Assembly: GCF_003334255.1 (NCBI RefSeq) | Contig: NZ_QOWU01000051.1 | Length of the DNA stretch: 41,368 nucleotides | DNA from: Escherichia coli | Lineage (GTDB): Bacteria > Pseudomonadota > Gammaproteobacteria > Enterobacterales > Enterobacteriaceae | Strand: one strand, 5' to 3' | Shown: one piece after another, positions 1 through 11,028 of the stretch | Layout of the letters: each line of letters starts with the position of its first letter | How positions within the stretch are numbered: the stretch's first letter is position 1 | Translations under genes and position numbers: made by a program | Notes under the pieces: model-generated | The model's database searches: none | Told to the model about the DNA's origin: nothing | What the model saw: only the letters and a program-made list of their open reading frames with translations

Positions 1-77
1 AATCGGTGGAGCTGCATGACAAAGTCATCGGGCATTATCTGAACATAAAACACTATCAATAAGTTGGAGTCATTACC
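1..77 (+). mobile_element. insB: IS1 right-end fragment: last 19 codons of insB plus the terminal inverted repeat (IRR); the element body lies left of the window
   Basis: Frame 3 of 3..62 translates to [19 protein letters not shown]-stop, which I recall as the InsB C-terminus. Bases 55..77 (atcaataagttggagtcattacc) are the reverse complement of the IS1 IRR GGTAATGACTCCAACTTATTGAT. The same 77 bp recur inverted at 41292..41368. Confidence 0.85.
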
Positions 78-282
78 TAAAATGACTGGTTTAGTAAAAT
101 GGTTTAACGCAGATAAAGGTTTTGGCTTTATCACTCCTGATGATGGCAGCAAAGACGTTTTCGTCCATTTCACCGCCATCCAGAGCAATGAATTCCGCAC
201 GCTGAACGAAAATCAGAAAGTTGAATTTTCTATTGAGCAGGGGCAACGTGGCCCCGCGGCAGCGAACGTTGTTACGCTCTAA
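78..282 (+). pseudogene. cspG: Cold-shock protein CspG, 5'-truncated at about codon 3 by the IS1 junction; an 82..282 ORF from the internal Met5 remains
   Basis: The ORF product ...[66 protein letters not shown] matches CspG from residue 5. The expected N-terminus MSNK and the native leader are replaced by IS1 sequence ending at base 77. Confidence 0.6.
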
Positions 283-481
283 GGTTGCCATTATTACTCA
301 ACATCTCCATTTCCGCTGTCCATGTTGTCATGGTTCACAGTACCGCACATCGGCATTCGATGTGACGGAGCGAAACCCTTTGGGCGCTAAGTGTATTTTT
401 TGTAAATCGACGATGATCACCTTTGATAACGTCGCGCTGCAAATACGCACTGACCATGCGCCGCTGGATTTCACAAAATAA
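221..481 (+). CDS. ymcF: Small zinc-ribbon protein (CPCC...CIFC), YmcF-like; start uncertain, the true product is probably shorter than the 86-aa ORF
   Basis: ORF between cspG and ymcE with two CxxC pairs. The ATG at 221 lies inside cspG; no canonical start is obvious after the cspG stop. Confidence 0.3.
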   Translation: MNFLLSRGNVAPRQRTLLRSKVAIITQHLHFRCPCCHGSQYRTSAFDVTERNPLGAKCIFCKSTMITFDNVALQIRTDHAPLDFTK

Positions 482-686
482 TATCAGGCTCCCTCGTGGA
501 GCCTTTTTTATATCTGCCTTATTTTTCTTCAACGCTGTATGTATAGTAAGCGATAACCTGTTGATTATTGAATCTTTCGGGGAGATGGCTTATAACATTT
601 CTTACCTGACCAGGGTACCGGGAACCAACACCTTACTGGCGTGTTGCTGTCTTTTAAGACCAGAAGAGGTTAACAGTGAATATTGA
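456..686 (+). CDS. ymcE: Small membrane protein YmcE (Sfa), 76 aa
   Basis: Internal Met of the 423..686 ORF gives [34 protein letters not shown]...; hydrophobic, at the K-12 position between cspG and gnsA. Confidence 0.5.
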   Translation: MRRWISQNNIRLPRGAFFISALFFFNAVCIVSDNLLIIESFGEMAYNISYLTRVPGTNTLLACCCLLRPEEVNSEY

Positions 687-849
687 AGAGTTAAAAAAAC
701 AAGCCGAAACGGAAATCGCCGACTTTATCGCGCAAAAAATCGCCGAGCTGAACAAGAATACAGGGAAAGAAGTCTCTGAAATTCGCTTCACCGCACGAGA
801 AAAAATGACCGGGCTTGAAAGTTATGATGTCAAAATCAAAATAATGTGA
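676..849 (+). CDS. gnsA: GnsA-family small protein, 57 aa, GTG start
   Basis: GTG at 676 preceded by agaggt; translation MNIEELKKQAETEIADFIAQKIAELNKNTGKEVSEIRFTAREKMTGLESYDVKIKIM, stop at 847..849. Absent from the ORF track because it is under 60 aa. Confidence 0.6.
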   Translation: MNIEELKKQAETEIADFIAQKIAELNKNTGKEVSEIRFTAREKMTGLESYDVKIKIM

Positions 850-897
850 TTTTGTGAACATCACCCCGTGCGAGGTGATGTTCCGCTTGTTGCTAAT

Positions 898-1971
898 TTA
901 GTGACCAATCATTGGCGCTTGTGGAATTAAGCGTCGGTACAATTCCTCCGGCACCGGGCTTTGCCATACTCCCGCATACATTGCGTAACCAATCACCGCG
1001 AACATAATCCCCAGAACCAGTAGCGTCATTAACCAGCCAGACAACGCAAAAGCTTTTTTATTTGCCGCAGGTTTTTGCAGTGAAAAGGTCAATGTTGAGG
1101 CTACCGGACATGACTCTACGCAAGTCATACAGCCGGTACATTCCACTGTTCGTACCTGAATTAATTTATCGACCGGGATCCGTGATGGGCAATTTTTTGC
1201 GCATTTGCCACAGCCGATACAACTTTCGGCATTGCGACGAATCTTAAACGGCGATAATAGCGAAACCACGCCCATCAGCGCGCCATATGGGCAAAGATAA
1301 CGACACCAGGCATGGCGAATAAACAGGCTGGCAATCAGCAAAACGGTCACGCTGATTAATGTCGCGGTCCCCATATGACGAAAGAAATCGAGCATTTTTA
1401 CGTCCATCACCACGCTGTAGGGCGACAACATAAAATAGTGAATCGCCTGAGCGGGCATCAATAACGCGATATAGAGAAAAAAACTCAACAGCAAATACTT
1501 CACGCCGCGCAGAGGAATATCCAGCCAGCGGGGAAGGACACATTGCCGACCAAACAGTTTGTTACCGAGATCGCCGATTAATTCAGAAAGCGTACCAACC
1601 GGGCATAACCATGAGCAAAAGGCCTTTTTGAGTAATAGACTGATGACGATAAAAGCGACCAATAACAGCATCGCGGCGGCGTGGACGGACGGTAACTGAC
1701 CTGTTGTAAGGCTATATTTCAGATTCATCAGACCGGCAATCGGTAGCCAGCCTTCGATACCTCCCGGTCTGGCGACAAATGTCGTGCTACTTGCCGTTTC
1801 GTAATAGCGCACCCAATACCAGAACGTGATGGCAATATAAATATTCATTGCCAACAGTAATAATTGCGTCGCTTTACGCCAGGTCGTGGCATTGCGCCAG
1901 TCATTCCACGGTAATTTGCCGCCCGTCGTGCCTGGCCGCCGCTGCCAGCGGGTTCTTTTTTTCTCTGCCAT
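898..1971 (-). CDS. yccM: Polytopic membrane 4Fe-4S ferredoxin-type protein YccM (NapH/MauN-like)
   Basis: 357-aa ORF with several TM segments and CxxCxxC...CP motifs (CIGCGKCAKNCP, CTGCMTCVESCP). Confidence 0.9.
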   Translation of the reverse strand: MAEKKRTRWQRRPGTTGGKLPWNDWRNATTWRKATQLLLLAMNIYIAITFWYWVRYYETASSTTFVARPGGIEGWLPIAGLMNLKYSLTTGQLPSVHAAAMLLLVAFIVISLLLKKAFCSWLCPVGTLSELIGDLGNKLFGRQCVLPRWLDIPLRGVKYLLLSFFLYIALLMPAQAIHYFMLSPYSVVMDVKMLDFFRHMGTATLISVTVLLIASLFIRHAWCRYLCPYGALMGVVSLLSPFKIRRNAESCIGCGKCAKNCPSRIPVDKLIQVRTVECTGCMTCVESCPVASTLTFSLQKPAANKKAFALSGWLMTLLVLGIMFAVIGYAMYAGVWQSPVPEELYRRLIPQAPMIGH

Positions 1972-2042
1972 GATTTTGCCAGTCCGTTAAGTTGCATACC
2001 AAATGCCACTATTCTAGTTGTTCTTAACTGGCTGATATTGAT

Positions 2043-4787
2043 TCAAATCGCGTTCAGGTCTTTCTTATTCAACCATGCTTCCAGATCGGCAACACTGCGT
2101 GTAATTTCTTCGTGTGGAAGGGGGGCAGATAATGGCTGCTGCTCCAGTTGTGCGCATAGCTGGCTGGCGATACGCATTCCCAGACTCGAGCAACTGCTTT
2201 TTAGCTGATGCGCGGCACGCTTTATTTTCTCGCTATCCTGACTGGCGCGGGCAATGTCGATTTCATCGAGAAGCGGCAGGGCATGTTGTGTAAATAATAC
2301 CAGCCATTCGTGGATCTTCTCCGTCCCCATTAACTGAGCATCTTCATTGAGTTGCGATACATCCAGCGATTGATCGTTATTGACTTGCAGTTGGAGATAG
2401 TGCGCCAGTAACTGACCGAGCACTTCACGCGGCACCGGTTTAGGGATAATCCCGCGGAATAATGAACTGGTACGCTGGCGCAGCGTTTCGTCAATGACAT
2501 GGGCGCTAAAGCCAATCAAAACCAGCGACGGATATTGCTGTGCCAGTTGTCGGGCAAGCGTAATGCCGTCGACATCCGGCAGATCAAAATCCACCAGTGC
2601 GGCAGCAAACGGTTCGCTATTTTGCAGTGTCTCTAAAGCCTGCGCGGCATTGCCAACAGCAACAACCTGCGCACCACTGGTGTTCAGCATCTCAACGGTA
2701 ATTCGCTGGGTTAGCGGGTTATCTTCAATTAACAGCAAACGTAAACCGTCAAGACGCACCGCCTGATTGACTGTTTTTGGCACGGGTGCCGTGGCAACAC
2801 GTAACGGCAAGCGTAAACAAAAACAGCTTCCAACCTCCGGCGTGCTGGTGGCGCTCAGTTCGCCGCCCATCGCCTGGGCCAGACGGCTACTGATAGTCAG
2901 CCCCAGCCCGGTGCCGCCGCGTTTGCCGCTTACCTGCACAAATGGCTGGAAGATTTCTGCCAGTTTCGCGGGATCAATACCGCAGCCGCTGTCTTCCACT
3001 TCGACCAGCCATTGCTCGCCATCAGTGCGACTACGCAGGATAATGTACCCTTCGTCAGTAAAACGCAGGGCGTTGCTCAACAGGTTGGTTATAACCTGAC
3101 GAATACGTCGTGGATCGCCCATTAACGCGCACGGCATATCATCGGCAATTGCCGTTGCCAGGCGAATCGGGCGACCTTTCACCCGTCCGCTCATTAATTG
3201 CAGGGTACTTTCCAGCAGCGGGCGCGGTTCAAAGGGCTCATCGCTGACCGAAACATTCTTGCCACCTGCTTCGATAGCGGAATAATCGAGAATATCGTTG
3301 AGGATGGTCAGCAACGATTCACCAGAGTCAGTAATTGCCCGCAAATCATCACGCTGGGCGTTAAGTGCGGGGTTATCTGCCAGCAGTTGAGCAGTGCCGA
3401 GAATACCGTACAGCGGTGTGCGGATCTCATGGCTCATCGCCGCCAGAAACGCCGATTTTGCCTGGCTGGCTTTTTCTGCTTCCGCCCGTGCCTGTCGGTG
3501 TTCTATCACCAGTTCCTGCAATTCAGCTGTACGCGCTTTGACCTGCGCCGCCAGCTGTTCGCGGTGGCGATTCAGTGCATGAACATTGCTGCGAAACGCA
3601 TCCATCAGCCGCCCGATGGTATCCAGCTCCCGTACGCCAGCGGTTTCCGGGAAAGGGGAGTCAATATCACCGTCCAGCAGCCGTTGCAGCGCCTGCGTTT
3701 GTTCGGCAAGTGGACGCGTGACTGAGCGATAAACCACGCGCCAGAGGATCAGAATCAGTGCGCAAAGTGAAACCATCCCCAGCAATAACAGGCTGTATTG
3801 CCCGCGTGCACTCGCTTTTTCCAGATGCGCCAGTCCGTGCTGATTACGCAGCTCAATGGTGTCGACCAGCTGACTGACTTCGCTACTAAACTGCGCGAAC
3901 TGGGCGATGTTATTTTGTGCGAGAGTTTGTAGGTGATTGCTGATTTCACTGTCCTGCTGATACAGCGCCAGCAAATCGCTATATTGGCTAACGGTAGTTA
4001 ACGTTGTTGCGACCTGCGCACGAACACCCGGATCTTCAATGCGTATTTGCCGACGTTGCAGAATTTTCACCGCATTATTGAGCTGCTTTTCCAGCGTTGG
4101 TGCATTTTTCTGGATCTGCTCCAGCCCCAGATTCATCACCATTTGCTGCACCCGCAGAGCGCTAAGGCGCAGTTCATTCATCTGGTTAACATACTCAAGA
4201 TCGATATCAATCAGCCGATCGAGTGCACTTTCAGCAGCCTGACGCTGATCTTGTTCGATCAAATCGTAAATCCCGGCCTGGGTCGCTCCAGCGGAAGTTG
4301 TCGCATTATTCGCCTGACCTTGCGCCAGGCGTGCGATCTCATCGGCGGCAGCGACTATCTGCTGACTGAGTTGCTGTTGTTGCTGGCGCAGTTGCAAACG
4401 CTGCCCCACCAGTTCCCCTTGCTGACGTAACGAACGGGAGATCTCCTGCTCCTGTTGTTCAATAGCGGTGGTATCAAAACCTTGTTCCCGTAACGCTTGC
4501 AGCAACGCATTAATCTTCAGGCTTTGTGCGGTGAGCATTCGCCCCTGCGCCTGCCACATCTTTTCGTTATCGGCACTGGTCAGGTTCTGCGCGGCGAAAA
4601 GTTCCCAGGCGCTGGCTTCGCTCAACTGGCGCGCCATATTCATGGTAGGAATCAATGCCTGAGTGTTGTCTTTTTCCACCTGGCTGATAAAGCGCAGGTT
4701 GTACCATCCCACCAGGGTACTGGTCAGGGTTAACAGCGCCATCAGGGCAAAGCCCATCCAGAGTCTTCGGGTCAGGGTTAAATTCAC
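2043..4787 (-). CDS. torS: TMAO sensor hybrid histidine kinase TorS
   Basis: 914-aa ORF with an N-terminal TM/periplasmic region, HisKA (SHEIRTP), receiver and C-terminal HPt domain; sits divergent from torT. Confidence 0.95.
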   Translation of the reverse strand: MNLTLTRRLWMGFALMALLTLTSTLVGWYNLRFISQVEKDNTQALIPTMNMARQLSEASAWELFAAQNLTSADNEKMWQAQGRMLTAQSLKINALLQALREQGFDTTAIEQQEQEISRSLRQQGELVGQRLQLRQQQQQLSQQIVAAADEIARLAQGQANNATTSAGATQAGIYDLIEQDQRQAAESALDRLIDIDLEYVNQMNELRLSALRVQQMVMNLGLEQIQKNAPTLEKQLNNAVKILQRRQIRIEDPGVRAQVATTLTTVSQYSDLLALYQQDSEISNHLQTLAQNNIAQFAQFSSEVSQLVDTIELRNQHGLAHLEKASARGQYSLLLLGMVSLCALILILWRVVYRSVTRPLAEQTQALQRLLDGDIDSPFPETAGVRELDTIGRLMDAFRSNVHALNRHREQLAAQVKARTAELQELVIEHRQARAEAEKASQAKSAFLAAMSHEIRTPLYGILGTAQLLADNPALNAQRDDLRAITDSGESLLTILNDILDYSAIEAGGKNVSVSDEPFEPRPLLESTLQLMSGRVKGRPIRLATAIADDMPCALMGDPRRIRQVITNLLSNALRFTDEGYIILRSRTDGEQWLVEVEDSGCGIDPAKLAEIFQPFVQVSGKRGGTGLGLTISSRLAQAMGGELSATSTPEVGSCFCLRLPLRVATAPVPKTVNQAVRLDGLRLLLIEDNPLTQRITVEMLNTSGAQVVAVGNAAQALETLQNSEPFAAALVDFDLPDVDGITLARQLAQQYPSLVLIGFSAHVIDETLRQRTSSLFRGIIPKPVPREVLGQLLAHYLQLQVNNDQSLDVSQLNEDAQLMGTEKIHEWLVLFTQHALPLLDEIDIARASQDSEKIKRAAHQLKSSCSSLGMRIASQLCAQLEQQPLSAPLPHEEITRSVADLEAWLNKKDLNAI

Positions 4788-4869
4788 GGTCGGTGCACTT
4801 TAGGTGAAAAAGGTTGAGTCGCAAAGCGGAATGCATCTAGCATAAAGCCTTATTATTGATGAGGCTATC

Positions 4870-5898
4870 ATGCGCGTACTGCTATTTTTACTTCTTTCCC
4901 TTTTCATGTTGCCGGCATTTTCGGCTGATAACCTGTTGCGCTGGCATGATGCGCAGCATTTCACGGTGCAAGCCTCTACGCCGCTTAAAGCCAAACGCGC
5001 ATGGAAACTGTGCGCGCTTTATCCCAGCCTGAAAGATTCATATTGGTTATCGTTGAACTATGGTATGCAGGAGGCTGCTCGCCGCTACGGTGTGGATTTA
5101 AAAGTGCTGGAGGCAGGCGGCTACAGCCAGTTGGCTACCCAGCAAGCACAAATCGACCAGTGTAAACAGTGGGGCGCAGAGGCCATTTTGCTCGGTAGTA
5201 GCACGACCTCATTTCCCGACCTGCAAAAGCAGGTAGCAAGTCTGCCGGTGATCGAACTGGTAAATGCTATTGATGCTCCCCAGGTGAAAAGCCGCGTTGG
5301 TGTGCCCTGGTTTCAGATGGGCTATCAACCGGGGCGATATCTGGTGCAATGGGCGCACGGTAAACCACTGAATGTGCTGTTGATGCCCGGACCCGATAAC
5401 GCCGGGGGCAGTAAGGAGATGGTCGAGGGTTTTCGCGCAGCCATTGCCGGAAGCCCGGTGCGTATTGTTGATATTGCGCTTGGTGATAACGATATTGAAA
5501 TCCAGCGTAACCTGTTGCAGGAGATGCTGGAACGCCATCCAGAAATCGACGTCGTTGCCGGAACGGCCATTGCGGCAGAGGCGGCAATGGGGGAAGGGCG
5601 TAACCTGAAAACGCCGCTTACCGTGGTGTCGTTTTATCTTTCACATCAGGTGTATCGCGGGCTGAAGCGGGGAAGAGTGATTATGGCTGCCAGCGATCAA
5701 ATGGTCTGGCAGGGGGAACTGGCGGTTGAGCAGGCCATCAGGCAATTACAGGGGCAATCGGTTTCTGATAATGTCAGCCCACCGATTTTAGTTCTGACGC
5801 CGAAAAATGCCGACCGTGAACATATTCGCCGCTCGCTGTCACCAGGGGGATTTCGTCCGGTCTATTTTTATCAGCACACATCAGCGGCTAAGAAATAA
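4870..5898 (+). CDS. torT: Periplasmic TMAO-binding protein TorT
   Basis: 342-aa ORF with a signal peptide (MRVLLFLLLSLFMLPAFSA) and periplasmic binding-protein character; tor locus context. Confidence 0.95.
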   Translation: MRVLLFLLLSLFMLPAFSADNLLRWHDAQHFTVQASTPLKAKRAWKLCALYPSLKDSYWLSLNYGMQEAARRYGVDLKVLEAGGYSQLATQQAQIDQCKQWGAEAILLGSSTTSFPDLQKQVASLPVIELVNAIDAPQVKSRVGVPWFQMGYQPGRYLVQWAHGKPLNVLLMPGPDNAGGSKEMVEGFRAAIAGSPVRIVDIALGDNDIEIQRNLLQEMLERHPEIDVVAGTAIAAEAAMGEGRNLKTPLTVVSFYLSHQVYRGLKRGRVIMAASDQMVWQGELAVEQAIRQLQGQSVSDNVSPPILVLTPKNADREHIRRSLSPGGFRPVYFYQHTSAAKK

Positions 5899-6563
5899 CC
5901 TTCACCATGTTGCGTCACCAGTAAATCCGCGCTGAGTTTATGACGTAAACGACGAATTAACACATCGACGGTGCGCAGGTCAGGGTTTTCCACCCGACGC
6001 GCAGAAAGCATACGTAGCAGACGTTCACGGCTGAGAATTTCGCCCGGATTCGTCACAAATGCCACCAACATTTCATACTCTGCGCGGGTCAGTTTAATCG
6101 GCTCGCCATCCCGCTCCAGCGTATGGCGCGACACATTCAGGCAATAACCGGCAAAGCGATAGCAGTTGTCCTGAGTGTGCGGTTGAGCTTGTCGCGCGAG
6201 GTCGATTCGCCAGAGCAGATTTTTCACCCGTACTACCAGTTCGCGCAGTTCCAGCGGTTTGGTGACGTAATCGTCTGCGCCCATTTCCAGCCCAACAATA
6301 CGGTCAATCCGATCGCTGCGTCCGGTAACCAGAATAATCCCCACCGTTGAGCGTTCTCGCAGGGCGCGGGTTAACATCAGGCCATTTTCATCGGGTAAGT
6401 TGATATCCAGCAGAATTAAATCTACCGACTGATTCTGCATAATTTCCCGTAGCCCGGCACCGCTCGCCGTAACGGAAACGGTATACCCCTCCTGAGTGAA
6501 GTAGGATTGTAATCGCGCCTGGGTAACCGGCTCATCTTCAACAATAACAATGTGATGTGGCAT
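5871..6563 (-). CDS. torR: Response regulator TorR (OmpR family)
   Basis: 230-aa ORF with a receiver domain (IVIVEDE...D) and winged-helix C-terminus; its 3' end overlaps the torT 3' end by 28 bp (convergent). Confidence 0.95.
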   Translation of the reverse strand: MPHHIVIVEDEPVTQARLQSYFTQEGYTVSVTASGAGLREIMQNQSVDLILLDINLPDENGLMLTRALRERSTVGIILVTGRSDRIDRIVGLEMGADDYVTKPLELRELVVRVKNLLWRIDLARQAQPHTQDNCYRFAGYCLNVSRHTLERDGEPIKLTRAEYEMLVAFVTNPGEILSRERLLRMLSARRVENPDLRTVDVLIRRLRHKLSADLLVTQHGEGYFLAADVC

Positions 6564-6581
6564 CAGAGGGTTTTACTCATT

Positions 6582-6644
6582 CTGTTCATATCTGTTCATA
6601 TTCTGCCGTAAGCCGTTCATCCTGACCAGTGCCGCTGTTCATAT
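6582..6644. promoter_or_regulatory. tor boxes: four decameric direct repeats (TorR binding sites) in the torR-torC intergenic region
   Basis: ctgttcatat at 6582..6591 and 6592..6601, ccgttcatcc at 6613..6622, ctgttcatat at 6635..6644, directly upstream of torC. Confidence 0.75.
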
Positions 6645-6692
6645 TTGCTCATTAAGATCGCTTCACTAAACCATAATTCTACAGGGGTTATT

Positions 6693-7865
6693 ATGCGGAA
6701 ACTCTGGAACGCGCTACGCCGACCCAGTGCTCGTTGGTCGGTACTGGCGCTGGTCGCAATTGGGATTGTGATTGGCATTGCGCTGATTGTATTGCCACAC
6801 GTTGGGATCAAAGTCACCAGCACAACCGAATTTTGTGTCAGTTGCCACAGTATGCAACCGGTGTATGAAGAATATAAACAGTCGGTGCATTTCCAGAACG
6901 CCTCCGGCGTGCGAGCTGAATGCCATGACTGTCATATCCCGCCGGATATTCCAGGCATGGTGAAGCGCAAACTGGAAGCGAGCAATGATATCTACCAGAC
7001 CTTTATTGCTCACTCCATTGATACACCTGAAAAATTCGAAGCTAAACGCGCGGAACTTGCCGAGCGTGAATGGGCGCGAATGAAAGAAAACAACTCGGCA
7101 ACCTGCCGCTCCTGCCATAACTACGATGCGATGGATCATGCGAAGCAGCATCCTGAAGCAGCACGTCAGATGAAGGTGGCAGCGAAAGATAATCAATCCT
7201 GCATCGACTGTCATAAAGGTATTGCCCACCAGTTACCGGATATGAGTAGCGGCTTCCGTAAGCAGTTCGATGAGCTGCGCGCCAGTGCTAATGACAGTGG
7301 TGACACGCTGTACTCTATTGATATTAAGCCAATTTATGCGGCGAAAGGCGATAAAGAAGCCTCTGGTTCTCTGCTGCCTGCTTCGGAAGTGAAAGTCCTT
7401 AAACGTGACGGCGACTGGCTGCAAATTGAAATTACCGGCTGGACGGAAAGCGCCGGACGTCAGCGTGTACTCACCCAATTCCCAGGTAAACGCATCTTTA
7501 TTGCCTCGATTCGTGGTGATGTGCAGCAGCAGGTAAAAACGCTGGAGAAAACCACCGTTGCCGACACCAATACCGAGTGGAGCAAGTTGCAGGCCACTGC
7601 GTGGATGAAGAAAGGCGACATGGTGAACGATATCAAACCGATCTGGGCTTATGCGGATTCGTTGTACAACGGCACCTGTAACCAGTGCCACGGCGCACCG
7701 GAAATCGCCCACTTTGACGCTAACGGTTGGATCGGCACGCTCAACGGCATGATTGGCTTTACCAGTCTCGATAAACGTGAAGAACGCACCTTGTTGAAAT
7801 ATCTGCAAATGAATGCGTCTGACACCGCAGGTAAGGCTCACGGCGATAAGAAGGAAGAAAAATAA
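6693..7865 (+). CDS. torC: Pentahaem c-type cytochrome TorC
   Basis: Internal Met of the 6645..7865 ORF gives MRKLWNALRRPSARW... (390 aa); CxxCH haem motifs (CVSCH, CHDCH, CRSCH, CIDCH, CNQCH). Confidence 0.95.
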   Translation: MRKLWNALRRPSARWSVLALVAIGIVIGIALIVLPHVGIKVTSTTEFCVSCHSMQPVYEEYKQSVHFQNASGVRAECHDCHIPPDIPGMVKRKLEASNDIYQTFIAHSIDTPEKFEAKRAELAEREWARMKENNSATCRSCHNYDAMDHAKQHPEAARQMKVAAKDNQSCIDCHKGIAHQLPDMSSGFRKQFDELRASANDSGDTLYSIDIKPIYAAKGDKEASGSLLPASEVKVLKRDGDWLQIEITGWTESAGRQRVLTQFPGKRIFIASIRGDVQQQVKTLEKTTVADTNTEWSKLQATAWMKKGDMVNDIKPIWAYADSLYNGTCNQCHGAPEIAHFDANGWIGTLNGMIGFTSLDKREERTLLKYLQMNASDTAGKAHGDKKEEK

Positions 7866-10411
7866 TGAACAATAACGATCTCTTTCAGGCATCACGTCGG
7901 CGTTTTCTGGCACAACTCGGCGGCTTAACCGTCGCCGGGATGCTGGGGCCGTCATTGTTAACGCCGCGACGTGCGACTGCGGCGCAAGCGGCGACTGACG
8001 CTGTCATCTCGAAAGAGGGCATTCTTACCGGGTCGCACTGGGGGGCTATCCGCGCGACGGTGAAGGATGGTCGCTTTGTGGCGGCAAAACCGTTCGAACT
8101 GGATAAATATCCGTCGAAAATGATTGCCGGATTGCCGGATCACGTACACAACGCGGCGCGTATTCGTTATCCGATGGTACGCGTGGACTGGCTGCGTAAG
8201 CGCCATCTCAGCGATACCTCCCAGCGCGGTGATAACCGTTTTGTGCGCGTGAGCTGGGATGAAGCCCTCGACATGTTCTATGAAGAACTGGAACGCGTGC
8301 AGAAAACTCACGGGCCGAGTGCCTTGCTGACCGCCAGTGGTTGGCAATCGACGGGGATGTTCCATAACGCTTCGGGGATGCTGGCGAAAGCTATTGCCTT
8401 GCATGGTAATAGCGTTGGTACGGGCGGAGATTACTCTACCGGTGCTGCGCAGGTGATCCTGCCGCGCGTAGTCGGTTCGATGGAAGTGTATGAACAGCAA
8501 ACCTCCTGGCCGCTGGTATTGCAGAACAGCAAAACCATTGTGCTGTGGGGCTCCGATTTGCTGAAAAACCAGCAAGCGAACTGGTGGTGCCCGGATCACG
8601 ATGTTTATGAATATTACGCGCAGCTAAAAGCGAAAGTCGCCGCCGGTGAAATTGAGGTCATCAGCATCGATCCGGTTGTTACATCCACCCATGAGTATCT
8701 GGGGCGCGAGCATGTGAAGCACATTGCGGTTAACCCGCAAACTGACGTGCCGCTGCAACTGGCGCTGGCACATACGCTGTACAGTGAAAACCTGTACGAC
8801 AAAAACTTCCTTGCTAACTACTGTGTGGGTTTTGAGCAGTTCCTGCCGTATCTGCTGGGTGAGAAAGACGGTCAGCCGAAAGATGCCGCATGGGCTGAAA
8901 AACTGACCGGCATTGATGCCGAAACCATTCGTGGGCTGGCGCGGCAGATGGCGGCGAACAGAACGCAAATTATTGCTGGCTGGTGCGTGCAGCGTATGCA
9001 GCACGGTGAACAGTGGGCGTGGATGATTGTGGTTCTGGCGGCGATGCTGGGGCAAATTGGCCTGCCAGGTGGTGGTTTTGGTTTTGGCTGGCACTACAAC
9101 GGCGCAGGCACGCCGGGGCGTAAAGGCGTTATTCTGAGTGGTTTCTCCGGCTCTACGTCGATTCCGCCTGTTCACGACAACAGTGACTACAAAGGCTACA
9201 GCAGCACTATTCCGATTGCCCGTTTTATCGATGCGATCCTCGAACCGGGGAAAGTGATCAACTGGAACGGTAAATCGGTAAAACTGCCGCCGCTGAAAAT
9301 GTGTATTTTTGCCGGAACTAACCCATTCCATCGCCATCAGCAGATCAACCGCATTATTGAAGGCTTGCGCAAGCTGGAAACGGTTATCGCCATAGATAAC
9401 CAGTGGACCTCAACCTGCCGCTTTGCCGATATCGTACTGCCTGCGACCACGCAGTTTGAGCGTAACGATCTCGACCAGTACGGCAATCACTCCAACCGTG
9501 GCATTATCGCCATGAAACAGGTGGTGCCGCCGCAGTTCGAGGCGCGCAACGACTTCGATATTTTCCGCGAGCTGTGCCGTCGCTTTAATCGCGAAGAAGC
9601 CTTTACCGAAGGGCTGGACGAAATGGGCTGGCTGAAACGCATCTGGCAGGAAGGTGTACAGCAAGGCAAAGGACGCGGCGTTCATCTGCCAGCGTTTGAT
9701 GACTTCTGGAATAACAAAGAGTACGTCGAGTTTGACCATCCGCAGATGTTTGTTCGCCACCAGGCATTCCGCGAAGATCCGGATCTCGAACCGCTGGGCA
9801 CGCCGAGTGGCCTGATTGAGATCTACTCGAAAACTATCGCCGATATGAACTACGACGATTGTCAGGGGCATCCGATGTGGTTTGAGAAAATCGAACGCTC
9901 CCACGGTGGGCCTGGCTCGCAAAAGTATCCGTTGCATCTGCAATCTGTGCATCCGGATTTCCGACTTCACTCGCAGTTATGTGAGTCGGAAACGCTGCGT
10001 CAGCAATATACGGTAGCGGGTAAAGAGCCAGTATTCATTAACCCGCAGGATGCCAGCGCGCGCGGTATTCGTAACGGTGATGTGGTACGCGTCTTTAACG
10101 CTCGCGGTCAGGTGTTGGCAGGGGCAGTGGTTTCTGACCGCTATGCACCCGGCGTGGCACGAATTCACGAAGGGGCATGGTACGATCCAGATAAAGGCGG
10201 CGAGCCTGGTGCGCTGTGCAAATACGGTAACCCCAACGTGTTGACCATCGACATCGGTACATCGCAGCTGGCGCAGGCGACCAGTGCGCACACTACGCTG
10301 GTGGAAATTGAGAAGTACAACGGAACAGTGGAGCAGGTGACGGCGTTTAACGGCCCCGTGGAGATGGTGGCGCAGTGCGAATATGTTCCCGCGTCGCAGG
10401 TGAAATCATGA
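7865..10411 (+). CDS. torA: Trimethylamine-N-oxide reductase TorA (molybdoenzyme, Tat-exported)
   Basis: 848-aa ORF with a twin-arginine signal ([11 protein letters not shown]); start overlaps the torC stop. Confidence 0.95.
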
Positions 10412-11007
10412 CCACGCTGACAGCACAACAGATTGCCTGTGTTTACGCCTGGCTAGCGCAGTTGTTCTCCCGTGAGCTGGACGATGAACAACTGACGCAA
10501 ATCGCCAGTGCGCAGATGGCTGAATGGTTTTCGTTGCTGAAAAGCGAACCGCCGCTCACTGCGGCGGTGAACGAGCTGGAAAACCGTATTGCCACGCTGA
10601 CAGTACGTGACGATGCCCGTCTGGAACTGGCCGCGGACTTTTGCGGCCTGTTTCTGATGACCGACAAACAAGCGGCGCTGCCGTATGCATCGGCCTACAA
10701 ACAGGACGAGCAAGAGATTAAACGCTTGTTAGTTGAGGCAGGGATGGAAACCAGCGGCAATTTCAACGAACCGGCAGATCATCTGGCGATCTATCTCGAA
10801 TTGCTCAGCCATCTGCATTTTTCGCTGGGAGAGGGGACCGTTCCTGCGCGAAGAATCGACAGTTTGCGGCAAAAAACACTGACGGCGCTGTGGCAATGGT
10901 TACCAGAGTTTGTTGCGCGTTGTCGTCAGTATGACAGCTTTGGTTTTTACGCGGCACTAAGCCAGTTATTGCTGGTGTTAGTGGAGTGCGACCACCAAAA
11001 CAGATAA
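10408..11007 (+). CDS. torD: TorA-specific chaperone TorD
   Basis: Internal Met gives [20 protein letters not shown]... (199 aa); start overlaps the torA stop (ATGA). Confidence 0.9.
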
Positions 11008-11028
11008 CGTCGTTTGTGCGCCTGAAAA

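Noticed and set aside
1-77. Terminal inverted repeats as the ends of a novel transposon or a linear replicon with hairpin telomeres
   Set aside because: The repeat encodes the IS1 InsB C-terminus and ends in the IS1 IRR, and the interior is ordinary chromosomal gene content, so it is a known IS and not a new element or phage/plasmid telomere.
2330-4733. Multiple 60-175 aa ORFs on the strand opposite torS (for example 3198..3725, 4047..4430)
   Set aside because: They lie wholly inside the well-supported torS coding sequence, lack RBS context, and have low-complexity, Arg/Cys-rich translations typical of antisense frames.
8624-9970. Antisense ORFs inside torA (for example 8624..9337, 9410..9970)
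   Set aside because: Embedded in the torA molybdoenzyme gene on the opposite strand; products look like random antisense translation.
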